37,032 bases of DNA from a virus (Duplodnaviria; Caudoviricetes). Below are positions 8,181 to 16,770 of the stretch, piece by piece. The notes under the pieces were generated by a model that searched no databases, was not told the DNA's origin, and saw only the letters and a program-made list of their open reading frames with translations. The stretch's first letter is position 1; every line of letters starts with the position of its first letter. The DNA lies in IMG/VR virus record IMGVR_UViG_3300020045_015549, positions 1 to 37,032 of that record. One strand, written 5' to 3'. The translations under genes were made by a program, and so were the position numbers.

Positions 8181-8442
8181 AAATCACCTCTTCCCTATTC
8201 CACTTTTGCAATTCATCAGTAGTACACTCTACTTTGCAGGATATATAAGATTTAAGGTTGAGAGGATCTTTACTGTCTGGCATAGAAAATGACATATCAT
8301 AAACTCTCTTGCCCTTCAATCCCATGCTATTAGCCCAATCAAAACAGATTTTGCAAACCTCTTCATCTATTTTGCGATTTATAACAACAATGTTATGATG
8401 TATATATGGTTTTATTTTACCATTCCCCTTCGGGTGATGCAC
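8176..8442 (-). CDS. Hypothetical protein (start uncertain: GTG 8442 or ATA 8415)
   Basis: Fills the gap in the operon; its TAG stop overlaps the ATT of fibre 2. Confidence 0.5.
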   Translation of the reverse strand: MHHPKGNGKIKPYIHHNIVVINRKIDEEVCKICFDWANSMGLKGKRVYDMSFSMPDSKDPLNLKSYISCKVECTTDELQKWNREEVIY

Positions 8443-8572
8443 CCGTAAAGTCTATCTTGGCTCCTGTTTGAGCTTCGATGACATCTTCTACCTTTTCCTC
8501 GATGACATTATCTGGCCAAACATTCAGCCAGGAACAGCCCGATAGAAGGCTTACAAAGATGATGTAGCGCAT
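8417..8572 (-). CDS. Small lipoprotein, 51 aa
   Basis: Manual read MRYIIFVSLLSGCSWLNVWPDNVIEEKVEDVIEAQTG...; lipobox LSGC; GAGGA SD. Confidence 0.7.
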   Translation of the reverse strand: MRYIIFVSLLSGCSWLNVWPDNVIEEKVEDVIEAQTGAKIDFTGASPEGEW

Positions 8573-8736
8573 AGTTCCTCTTCATAGATGGGCCATGTGA
8601 TGACAGGAATTGGATCAGAGGAGGGAAACTGATCCGACTCCTCAGCTAAAATCTTGGTTGCGATTAAGGCCATGTATAACCATGAATATTTATATATAAC
8701 CCTGCATAACTTGGTATAAGTGCAGATTTTGGTCAT
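8551..8736 (-). CDS. Hypothetical protein
   Basis: 61-aa ORF lying between the two lipoprotein genes. Confidence 0.45.
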   Translation of the reverse strand: MTKICTYTKLCRVIYKYSWLYMALIATKILAEESDQFPSSDPIPVITWPIYEEELCATSSL

Positions 8737-8742
8737 AGGAAC

Positions 8743-8913
8743 CTATTGTTGAGCTTTTGCCTCTGACTTGTCTATAGGAAATACTTGGATCTGGATTCCT
8801 TTCCCAGTATCGAGGGAGCTTCTATGCACTTGGGCATCCACATCAAATCCTGGCTTTCCACTCATGCAGCTAGATAGCATGACTAAAACAACGACCAACA
8901 TTCCGTACTTCAT
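8743..8913 (-). CDS. Small lipoprotein, 56 aa
   Basis: Manual read MKYGMLVVVLVMLSSCMSGKPGFDVDAQ...; lipobox LSSC. Confidence 0.65.
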   Translation of the reverse strand: MKYGMLVVVLVMLSSCMSGKPGFDVDAQVHRSSLDTGKGIQIQVFPIDKSEAKAQQ

Positions 8914-8917
8914 ACCT

Positions 8918-9115
8918 TTAACTCTCCATTATTCTTTTTATAAATTGTTCATGCTCAACTTGCTCTTTCACTCTATAGAGAGAACGTCTCATTTTTCGCA
9001 TCGCTGAGGAGTCTTCATTCTTAGCTTCTTTCTCAATGATATCAAGAATTAATTGAGCGTCTTTTTCGGCTACCTTTTGAAGGATCTCTTCCGGGTGATA
9101 AAGGTCGGTGATCAT
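8918..9115 (-). CDS. Hypothetical protein
   Basis: 65-aa helical ORF with ATGA overlap on the fibre 1 stop. Confidence 0.55.
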   Translation of the reverse strand: MITDLYHPEEILQKVAEKDAQLILDIIEKEAKNEDSSAMRKMRRSLYRVKEQVEHEQFIKRIMES

Positions 9116-12100
9116 GATAATCCCGTACTATAGGTGATCGTGAAATACATGATGCACGTCTCGATATCCATGATGTCGGAAGCGCTGGCATCGTCTTGTA
9201 TGATCCGTATCTGAACTACGGTAACGTTAGGAGCTATTTCAGCGACGCAGTAAAAGTTTGTCGTGCTGAAGATAGCCACGTTATCGAGTCTCACAGCTCC
9301 TATCGAGTTGAGATTGGAAATGTTGCTGCTCGTAAAGGGAAGTCCCGTAATAGACATGTTACCCGTTCCCGTTCCAACACCTACAGAAGCATAACCCCAC
9401 ACAGTGACTGAATTTCCGATGCGGATATATCTTCCGGCTGAAGCAGTCAGCGTTGGAGTACCAGCCGCAGAAGAAACACCAGGCGTCCAGGTTCCTTCTT
9501 CATAGACGCTTAAAACTGTTTCGCCAAAGTCTATCGAGTCGCAAGCCACGGTGGTAAAAATAGCAGGCGACGCACTGCTAGTACCGATCGTAGTGGCGTC
9601 GATCGTCCCTGCGTTGATATCTACGCGGGACATAACAATAGAGCTCGTCCCTTTAGGGGTAATGGTAATAGGGATGTTGGCGTTTGACCCGTCAGCAGAG
9701 AGAGTAGTGCCAGCTAAGGTCACTCCTGCTGCGGCTACGTTGGTGTCAAAAGTTGTAGCTAAGGAAGTGGTAGCCGTAGAGGTGGTAAAGATAGCAGTAG
9801 TGGCGCTTGATGCTCCGATGGTTGTTCCATCTATGGTTCCAGAATTGCAATCTATTTTTGAGATCACCACATTCCCCGTACCGTCAGGAGTAATATTGAT
9901 CGCCCCGTTAGCGTTCATCGAAATGATGGTATTCCCGTTGATGTTGAGATTATCTACGGTGAAGTCTGTGCAATCCAAAGTAGTAAATGTTCCCGTGGAA
10001 GAGGAAGAAAGCCCGATGGTTGTCCCGTCGACAGCCCCCCCGTTGATGTCCACCTTCGACATCACGACAGAACCAGTCCCCTTAGGAGTGATCGTAATAT
10101 CGATGGCTGCATCGGTTCCGTCGGCAGAGAGGGTAGTTCCTACAAGAGTAACCCCAGCAGCTACAACGTTCGTGTCGAAAGTAGTGCCTAAGATCGTCGT
10201 AGAGGTAAGGGAAGTAAGGCCCGTTACGGTTGTGTCTAGATTGAGGGTGACAGTAGAGCCAGCTCCGGTAGAGCCTATATTCGTTCCTCCTGCGATGGTA
10301 AGAACGCCAGCGGCAGGTGTAGCTGTTCCAGAGTCAGTAGCGAAGGAATTGGAGACCGCCCCGTCGGTTTCTATATTGATCGTTCCAGTCCCAAGGGTGA
10401 TGTCGATTGTCCCGCCCGTAGAGGTAATGGCTCCAGCTACAGGAGGCGCCCCTGTAAATCCTATTACTAATTGTCCATTTGTAAGAGGCCCCGCCCCTTC
10501 CAGGAAACCAGTAGCTCCATAATAGGTAACGGCATTCTGTGTGCCGTAGGATACACCTACTTTGCCCGAACCATTAGGAGTCAGTAAAATATTGCCGTTT
10601 ACGTTGGAGGAGCTGATCGTATTGTCATTAATATTGATGTTGTCGACATCTAAAAGCTGAAAAGTCGCTACTCCACTGATGATCGCAGCCTCGGTAATGA
10701 AGACGGCTCCAGCTCCTGCCGGAGTAAGGTTGATGCTTCGATTTGCATCCGTTCCCGAAGTGGCAATACTGTTGGATGTTATCGAAATATTAGTGGTGGT
10801 GGGAGCGGTAACAAAGGTACTTGCCGTAGCGGTTGTAAATTTTCCGGTAGTGGCTGACGTTGCGCCAATCGTCGTCCCGTCTATGGTTCCGCTATCTATA
10901 TCAACCTTCGACATCACGACAGAGCCAGTCCCTTTAGGAGTAATGGTTATGTCGATGGCTGCGTCGGTCCCATCCGCTGATAGGGTAGTACCTACTAGAG
11001 TAACGCCTGCGGCTACAACATTCGTGTCAAAAGTGGTTCCGAGAATGGTAGTCGAAGTGAGAGAGGTGAGCCCTGTTACCGTGGTATCGAGGTTGAGGGT
11101 GACGGTAGAACCTGCACCCGAAGAGTTGAGATTTGTCCCTCCAGCAATTGTAAGAGCGCCGGAGGAGGGTGTAGCCGTTCCAGAATCAGTGGGGAAGGAG
11201 AGTGCTACGGCAGATCCCGTTGTAAGTCCTAAAGTTCCCGCTCCTGTCGTAAAGGTAATAGAGCTGTCAGAAGAGGTAAGCGTTGCGAAGATTGGATCGG
11301 CTCCGGTAGAACCTAAAAGGACTTGACCATTCGTAGCTAAAGCTAGTTTTGTGATGGTGGACGTTCCAGCACCTACTAAGACGGCATGATTGGTAAGCCC
11401 TGTTAATTGCGTTGTAAGGGTGTTTAAAGAGCCTACTGTCGTGATACTGCCCGATCCATCCATATTGACAAGCCCGGCTGCTGTAGGCACGATAGGATCG
11501 GTCCCAGAGTCAGGGGAAAAGCTGTCGATGCCAATACTTCCGCCAGCGAGATCGATATTGAGCGTTCCCGCTCCAGGTGTGATGGTGATGGTTCCAGCGG
11601 AAGAGGTAAGGGTAGAGGCTACCGGAGCTACTCCCGTGCTACCAATTACGAATTGACCGTTGGCTAAAGTAAGAGCGGTGAGAGGTCCTGTAGCCGTTGT
11701 GCTGGAGATGACGACGCCATTCACATTGAAGGAAGTGGAGGCCGTCCCTCCTCCTACGATTTGAGCTGTCCCGAACGTTGGATCAAAAGAAGCTCCTTGA
11801 GAAATCAGAGGAATACCAGAGACTCCAGGGGAGACTTTTGTGATGGTAGACGTCCCCGCTCCGATTAAGACTGCATGGTTGGTGAGACCTGTGAGACCGA
11901 GCGTAAGGGTAGCTGTCGGAACATCGCCAGAAGTGGTAAAGCTCCCCTCTCCGATGATATTCCAGTTATCGAGGATCGGGACTATGGGATCTCCAGAGTT
12001 ACCCGTAATGGAGAGGATGGCAAGAGTAGATTCTACGGTGACGATGTTGGAAGCGCCAGTAGTGGTTACGCCTGTTCCTCCACGGATTTGGATGATGTTG

Positions 12101-12192
12101 GCTAGAGGAACAGCTGTGCCGGAATCCGTTTCAAAGGAGGTGGGTATGTGAGGGTTGGAGATGTTGACATCGACGATTCCACCCTGACTCAA
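9112..12192 (-). CDS. Tail fibre protein 1 (1026 aa, TTG start)
   Basis: Gly/Thr-rich repeated modules; C-terminal YEEGTWTP...GRYIRIGNSVTV...ITGLPF fibre-tip pattern. Confidence 0.85.
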   Translation of the reverse strand: MSQGGIVDVNISNPHIPTSFETDSGTAVPLANIIQIRGGTGVTTTGASNIVTVESTLAILSITGNSGDPIVPILDNWNIIGEGSFTTSGDVPTATLTLGLTGLTNHAVLIGAGTSTITKVSPGVSGIPLISQGASFDPTFGTAQIVGGGTASTSFNVNGVVISSTTATGPLTALTLANGQFVIGSTGVAPVASTLTSSAGTITITPGAGTLNIDLAGGSIGIDSFSPDSGTDPIVPTAAGLVNMDGSGSITTVGSLNTLTTQLTGLTNHAVLVGAGTSTITKLALATNGQVLLGSTGADPIFATLTSSDSSITFTTGAGTLGLTTGSAVALSFPTDSGTATPSSGALTIAGGTNLNSSGAGSTVTLNLDTTVTGLTSLTSTTILGTTFDTNVVAAGVTLVGTTLSADGTDAAIDITITPKGTGSVVMSKVDIDSGTIDGTTIGATSATTGKFTTATASTFVTAPTTTNISITSNSIATSGTDANRSINLTPAGAGAVFITEAAIISGVATFQLLDVDNININDNTISSSNVNGNILLTPNGSGKVGVSYGTQNAVTYYGATGFLEGAGPLTNGQLVIGFTGAPPVAGAITSTGGTIDITLGTGTINIETDGAVSNSFATDSGTATPAAGVLTIAGGTNIGSTGAGSTVTLNLDTTVTGLTSLTSTTILGTTFDTNVVAAGVTLVGTTLSADGTDAAIDITITPKGTGSVVMSKVDINGGAVDGTTIGLSSSSTGTFTTLDCTDFTVDNLNINGNTIISMNANGAINITPDGTGNVVISKIDCNSGTIDGTTIGASSATTAIFTTSTATTSLATTFDTNVAAAGVTLAGTTLSADGSNANIPITITPKGTSSIVMSRVDINAGTIDATTIGTSSASPAIFTTVACDSIDFGETVLSVYEEGTWTPGVSSAAGTPTLTASAGRYIRIGNSVTVWGYASVGVGTGTGNMSITGLPFTSSNISNLNSIGAVRLDNVAIFSTTNFYCVAEIAPNVTVVQIRIIQDDASASDIMDIETCIMYFTITYSTGLS

Positions 12193-12202
12193 GACTCACC
12201 TT

Positions 12203-12865
12203 CTATTTGTTGGCAAGACGCTCTAGTTGAGTATAGATGTTTTCAAGGTTCTTTTGGATAAGGTAGATGTCTTTCTTGTTGATCTCGATCTCCTTCATGG
12301 CTCCAGTGAGATGGATAGAGGACAGATCTAAGGCGGAATCAATCTCCTGTCTCTTGTTCCTTTCGATGGAAAGCCTGTCCATGCATTCTTTTTCAACCCT
12401 TGCAATCATCGATTGACATCTAGCCTCTAGAGACTCCAGCTTCTCTTCAAAATACTCTTTCTGACGGGAGAAAGACCCTTTCACTTGGGCAAGCCACTGA
12501 TCAACCTTATTCTCAAAAGCTTTGAACCCATCGAGGGTGAGGAAGTAAGAATCTCTTTTTTCAATTAGATCTCTTAATGATGAAAGACTAGATTTGCATT
12601 CCTTTTCTAGATCATGGATTTCTCTGAATGCCTGAGAAAGAGAGTCTTCTCCCTTCTTGTATAGAAACTTTATGTTCTCATGGAGCTGTGAGATAGCTAC
12701 TTTAGAATCTTCATGGCGCCTCGACACATTTTCATCGGCTTCTTTAAGCTTTTGTACTAAAGCCTCTATAGCAATATTGCATTCGAGAACAGCATCATTA
12801 TGGTTCTTGATCTCTTGCTGCACGATCAGGGAAAATTCTTTAGAAAGATCTTTTCTTTTGAGCAC
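12203..12865 (-). CDS. Coiled-coil protein
   Basis: 220-aa charged heptad-like helical ORF in the tail operon. Confidence 0.65.
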   Translation of the reverse strand: MLKRKDLSKEFSLIVQQEIKNHNDAVLECNIAIEALVQKLKEADENVSRRHEDSKVAISQLHENIKFLYKKGEDSLSQAFREIHDLEKECKSSLSSLRDLIEKRDSYFLTLDGFKAFENKVDQWLAQVKGSFSRQKEYFEEKLESLEARCQSMIARVEKECMDRLSIERNKRQEIDSALDLSSIHLTGAMKEIEINKKDIYLIQKNLENIYTQLERLANK

Positions 12866-12871
12866 TGCTCT

Positions 12872-13201
12872 TTATCCGTAGATGCATTCTATGTACACGT
12901 CGCCGCTCACAGGAGCCGTAACTTGCTTCACAGAAAACTGTGTGTCTACCGCCAACACAAACTTATCATCGAATTGAGGGTTGATGTTCGATTGAAGGTC
13001 GTACAGGCGGAAAGTCCCAGCAGGAAGGAACATCTCGTCTTGGGAAGTATTGGTCGTAAAATAGAGATCCCCCGCTGTGTTATTTGTGATACAAAAGGCT
13101 CTCACTGGATAGGCTGTCGGATCTCCAACAGAGGCATAGGAGCCAGAAATACCCGCAAATCCAAGCGTTCTTATCGCTTCAAAATATACTCTGGCTCCCA
13201 T
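12872..13201 (-). CDS. Putative small virion protein
   Basis: 109-aa beta-rich ORF in the tail operon. Confidence 0.6.
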   Translation of the reverse strand: MGARVYFEAIRTLGFAGISGSYASVGDPTAYPVRAFCITNNTAGDLYFTTNTSQDEMFLPAGTFRLYDLQSNINPQFDDKFVLAVDTQFSVKQVTAPVSGDVYIECIYG

Positions 13202-13205
13202 GACT

Positions 13206-13406
13206 TTATCCTTTAGCGTCTATTTGTTTTTGGGCGTCTGCTTCTGCTTGTTGAGCTTTTTGCGCTTCAACCATCTTATCGACTACGATCCCCTTAAGTT
13301 GCATGATCGCATCGTGGATCTCTCCCAAGGGACTGTCAGCCGCACAAAGAAGGATATATTTGCGCTCGCCGATTTGGATTTCTCCCACTGCTCCTGATCT
13401 GAACAT
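13206..13406 (-). CDS. Hypothetical protein
   Basis: 66-aa ORF with AGGAG SD. Confidence 0.6.
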   Translation of the reverse strand: MFRSGAVGEIQIGERKYILLCAADSPLGEIHDAIMQLKGIVVDKMVEAQKAQQAEADAQKQIDAKG

Positions 13407-14024
13407 CTACTCTACTCCTACATGTTTCCAGGTTTTGTTGTTTTTTATATGGCCAATCAAATTTGCAGAAACCTTGAATTTCCGAGCCAATTCACTGGCT
13501 TTTACTCCATTAAACAAGGATTTTTTTATTTCTACAACATTTTCATGTGTAAGTTTGGATGTTCCTACTTTAGTGCCAATGGGGTTTCTCTTCTTGGATA
13601 ACATATCATTTACGTTATCCATGTTAGTACCTAAGAAAAGATGATCAGGGTTGGAGCATATTTTATTGTCGCATTTATGAAGGACGCAGAGATCATCAGG
13701 AATAGGACCTTTATGGATAATCCAAGAGGCTCTATGGCCTAAATTGGCGCCTAATGCCTTTCTACAGGTCATACGTGGATATCCTTTGCTGTCTTTCCCA
13801 TTCCAGCCCCAGCAACCTTCTTTTCGAATGACATGTTTTTCAAAGTTCTTTCTAAGTCTCTCTAGTTTTTCTTCTGGAGAGGATTGACTGATAATGAAAG
13901 ATGTTTTCAATAACCATGTGGATGCTTTCTTGTGTTTACATGGTCGGCTACAATAAGAAGATGGTTTTCTCCAATCTTCAACTTCGTAGTCTTTTTGGCA
14001 TGTTTTACAAACACATTGTCTCAT
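13407..14024 (-). CDS. HNH homing endonuclease
   Basis: CWGWNG...GYP...HRASWIIHKGPIPD..CVLHKCDNKICSNPDHLFLGT..DNVNDM; N-terminal Zn finger and C-terminal HTH. Confidence 0.9.
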   Translation of the reverse strand: MRQCVCKTCQKDYEVEDWRKPSSYCSRPCKHKKASTWLLKTSFIISQSSPEEKLERLRKNFEKHVIRKEGCWGWNGKDSKGYPRMTCRKALGANLGHRASWIIHKGPIPDDLCVLHKCDNKICSNPDHLFLGTNMDNVNDMLSKKRNPIGTKVGTSKLTHENVVEIKKSLFNGVKASELARKFKVSANLIGHIKNNKTWKHVGVE

Positions 14025-14052
14025 TTCAACCTCCGTCGTTGATCCGATGTAA

Positions 14053-14107
14053 AAGATTCGCCAGACTGTCGGAAACAGCTTTTCGGGAGCTACCCTAGGC
14101 GCATCTT
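14053..14107 (-). promoter_or_regulatory. Structured RNA element (three-way junction) in the HNH leader
   Basis: AAGAU-G-CGCC / GGCG-A-AUCUU outer stem enclosing GGG-UAGCU-CCC and CUGU-UUCCG-ACAG hairpins joined by GAAAAG. Confidence 0.6.
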
Positions 14108-14122
14108 AAGTGTCTTAGCCTG

Positions 14123-16480
14123 TTATGATTGGCCGTAAATTATGTAGTCGAAGCTGCTCACGTCTGTCACTGCCGCTGCACCTGTTACGCTATACGAAGC
14201 TACCGTAAAGGAAGCCCCTGCGCTGATCGTAGTAACAAGGAAACCGAGTGCAGGTGTAGCATTCAGGGCATTTCTTGTCACAAAGATCCTGTCAGTTGCT
14301 GCAATATTTGTGTTCAGAACCGTGACAGTTCCCCCGACAAGCGTAGCTGTGCCGATCGCATCAGTCGCTGCGCCGCCGTTGAGGGTAATCTTTTTAGCTA
14401 CACTCGTTAGCTTTAGATCCCCAGCAATGTTAACGCTTCCCGATCCCGCCTGGATAGTCGTCGTCGACGTGGTGTTGGTTGATCCCAGAACCACCGTATT
14501 AGCTCCCGCTCCACTAGCGATATTGACCGTCTTGCCGCCCGTCGAATTTGCTATATTAATTGTCTGCGTTCCCGTTCCGCCGAGGATGGTTGCCGTACCT
14601 GTGTTAGCCCCCGTACCGCCGAAGTTAATCGTACCGGAAGTAGTTGTAGGAGCGAAGGTGTAGGTAGAGGTAGCGGCTCCGTCAAGAGAGAAGTTACCAG
14701 TACCGCAAAGAAGAGAGAGTGAAGCAGAACCTGAAGCAGAGCCTATGATGACCACGTTGGCGACTGCGCCCGTCGCGATATTGACTGCCTTCGCGTTTGT
14801 CGCTCCACCAGCGATATTGACGGTAGTCGCGCCTTCTCCTGCGCCGATATCCACAATATTTGTTCCTGAAGAAGAGCCCAGCGTCATCGTACCGGTTTGG
14901 GCTGTACCTCCGATGGCGATCGTACCTGTAGTTGTAGCGGCTCCAATTGTGTAGGTAGAAGCTGCATTGCCATCTATTGAGAAGTTACCTGTTCCCAAGA
15001 GAAGAGAAAGTGACGATGCTCCAGTGACGGAACCGATCGTGATCAGGTTGGCTCCCGCACCAGCACCAATCTGGACCGTCTTGCCGCCCGTGGAATTTGC
15101 GATATTAATTGTCTGCGCGCCTGTTCCACCAAAGATGGTCGCTGTACCCGTGTTGGCTCCTGTACCGCCGATATTAAATGTACCGGAAGTGGTTGTAGGG
15201 CCAAAGGTGTAGGCGCTCGTTGCAGCACCATCCAATGAGAAGTTACCCGTTCCCACTTTGAGAGCCATGGAAGCCGCTCCAGTAGTTGAACCGATAATAA
15301 CCACGTTGGCAACTGCTCCCGTGGCGATATTGACTGCCTTCGCGTTTGTCGCGCCAGAGGCCACGTTGACCGTGGTTGCTCCCGTTCCCGTTCCCACGTT
15401 AACAATATTCGTTCCAGAAGAAGAGCCTAGCGTCATAGTGCCCGTTTGAGCTGTACCGCCAAGGGTATATGTTCCCGTTGTGGTTGAGGCTCCGATAGTG
15501 TAAGTAGACCCTGCGACGCCATCTAGGACATAGTTTCCTGTTCCTACAGATTCTACGATCGCAGTAGCTCCCGTGGTGTTACCGATTGTGATGCTATGGG
15601 CAATTGCGTTCGTTCCGATATTAAGAGCGCCTGTTCCACAGTCTAGAACAATCGATGTGGCTCCTGTGGAGTTACCCATCGTAATTGTACGGGCAGCTGC
15701 GCCAGTTCCCACGTTAATATTCTGGGCATCTGCATCGTTACCGATACCGATCACTCCAGCAGAAGAGTTAAGCTCGAGAACGCCATCTGCATCGAGCAGC
15801 ATCGTGTCATCTGAGTTCAGGATAATATCGCCTGTACTGGTAGTGGTTACGGTGAAGTGACCCGTTCCCGTGTTGATGGCAACTGCGGTGGCTCCCGAAA
15901 CGTTACCTATGGTAATCGTTCGTGCCGCAGCTCCGGTACCCACGTTCACGGCAGCAGTGTCAGCGTCTGTAGCGAGATCTAAAGCAGCCCCAGCAGTCAG
16001 GATAGTAGCACTGGCAGAGAGAGAGGCTAGACCGCTTGCAGCAATCGTTGTAAAGGCTCCCGCTCCTGGTGTAGTGCCGCCGATAGCAGGAGGCGTGGCA
16101 AGGAGAGAGACCACGTTCGCAGGGGTCATGGCTACGTTAGTATTGGTTCCTGCTTGGGCTTCTGCGGTTGTCGCTAGTTGACCGATACCCGATACAGTTT
16201 CAGACCAGGCAGGAGCACCAGCGATAGCCAGAGCATCGGCATAGAATTTAGTGGCTACAGGGGAATTGTTGTCGGTTAGAAGGACAACGCCCTCAACGAC
16301 AGTAGTAGCGGAGGGGACGAGTGTACCTACAGCCGATTCTAGGGTGGCTGGAGAGATGACGAGGTCTGTTGAAGTTCCGGCCGCCGCTTCATCTTCGTTA
16401 GCAAAGCGAGCTTGACCGCTCCAGTTTTGGGAAGATTTTTTTCCTGTATAAGAATTAGGTCTTGCAAACTTTGCGCACAT
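14123..16480 (-). CDS. Repeat-rich tail spike/fibre-like structural protein
   Basis: N-terminal fibre-type repeats (GQLATTAEAQAGTNTNVAMTP); long T/G/A/I repeat array suggesting a beta-solenoid. Confidence 0.75.
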   Translation of the reverse strand: MCAKFARPNSYTGKKSSQNWSGQARFANEDEAAAGTSTDLVISPATLESAVGTLVPSATTVVEGVVLLTDNNSPVATKFYADALAIAGAPAWSETVSGIGQLATTAEAQAGTNTNVAMTPANVVSLLATPPAIGGTTPGAGAFTTIAASGLASLSASATILTAGAALDLATDADTAAVNVGTGAAARTITIGNVSGATAVAINTGTGHFTVTTTSTGDIILNSDDTMLLDADGVLELNSSAGVIGIGNDADAQNINVGTGAAARTITMGNSTGATSIVLDCGTGALNIGTNAIAHSITIGNTTGATAIVESVGTGNYVLDGVAGSTYTIGASTTTGTYTLGGTAQTGTMTLGSSSGTNIVNVGTGTGATTVNVASGATNAKAVNIATGAVANVVIIGSTTGAASMALKVGTGNFSLDGAATSAYTFGPTTTSGTFNIGGTGANTGTATIFGGTGAQTINIANSTGGKTVQIGAGAGANLITIGSVTGASSLSLLLGTGNFSIDGNAASTYTIGAATTTGTIAIGGTAQTGTMTLGSSSGTNIVDIGAGEGATTVNIAGGATNAKAVNIATGAVANVVIIGSASGSASLSLLCGTGNFSLDGAATSTYTFAPTTTSGTINFGGTGANTGTATILGGTGTQTINIANSTGGKTVNIASGAGANTVVLGSTNTTSTTTIQAGSGSVNIAGDLKLTSVAKKITLNGGAATDAIGTATLVGGTVTVLNTNIAATDRIFVTRNALNATPALGFLVTTISAGASFTVASYSVTGAAAVTDVSSFDYIIYGQS

Positions 16481-16584
16481 GGCTTATCCTCTGTATAGTG
16501 GCTTTTCTTCCAAACTATACAAACAGGAAATAAAGCCTTCTCATTTTTCGTGACATGAACAAAAAAACTGACATACTTATGTCT

Positions 16585-16770
16585 ATGTCAAAAGAGAAGA
16601 AATTTGGGTTCATCCGCACTACTATCTATATACCCAGAGAACTTCACGAACAAGCAAAAATAATGGCAATCCTCACACAAACGAATCTCTCTCATTTTAT
16701 GAGAATCACGCTATCCGAAAAAATAAAAACACTAAAAGTAAAGATTCATGAAACCCCCAATAAAGATTGA
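16585..16770 (+). CDS. Ribbon-helix-helix regulator
   Basis: RTTIYIPRELHEQAKIMA...NLSHFMRITLSEKI RHH pattern; start could be 16555, 16579 or 16585. Confidence 0.75.
   Translation: MSKEKKFGFIRTTIYIPRELHEQAKIMAILTQTNLSHFMRITLSEKIKTLKVKIHETPNKD

Noticed and set aside
6420-12192. Diversity-generating retroelement or invertible fibre cassette
   Set aside because: No reverse transcriptase or recombinase; repeat differences are synonymous rather than adenine-specific, and the fibres are in the same orientation
6787-16181. Many long + strand ORFs (e.g. 9551-10522, 10679-11326) opposite the fibre genes
   Set aside because: Antisense shadows of Thr/Gly/Ala-rich codons; V/P/A-rich products with no SD or recognisable domain
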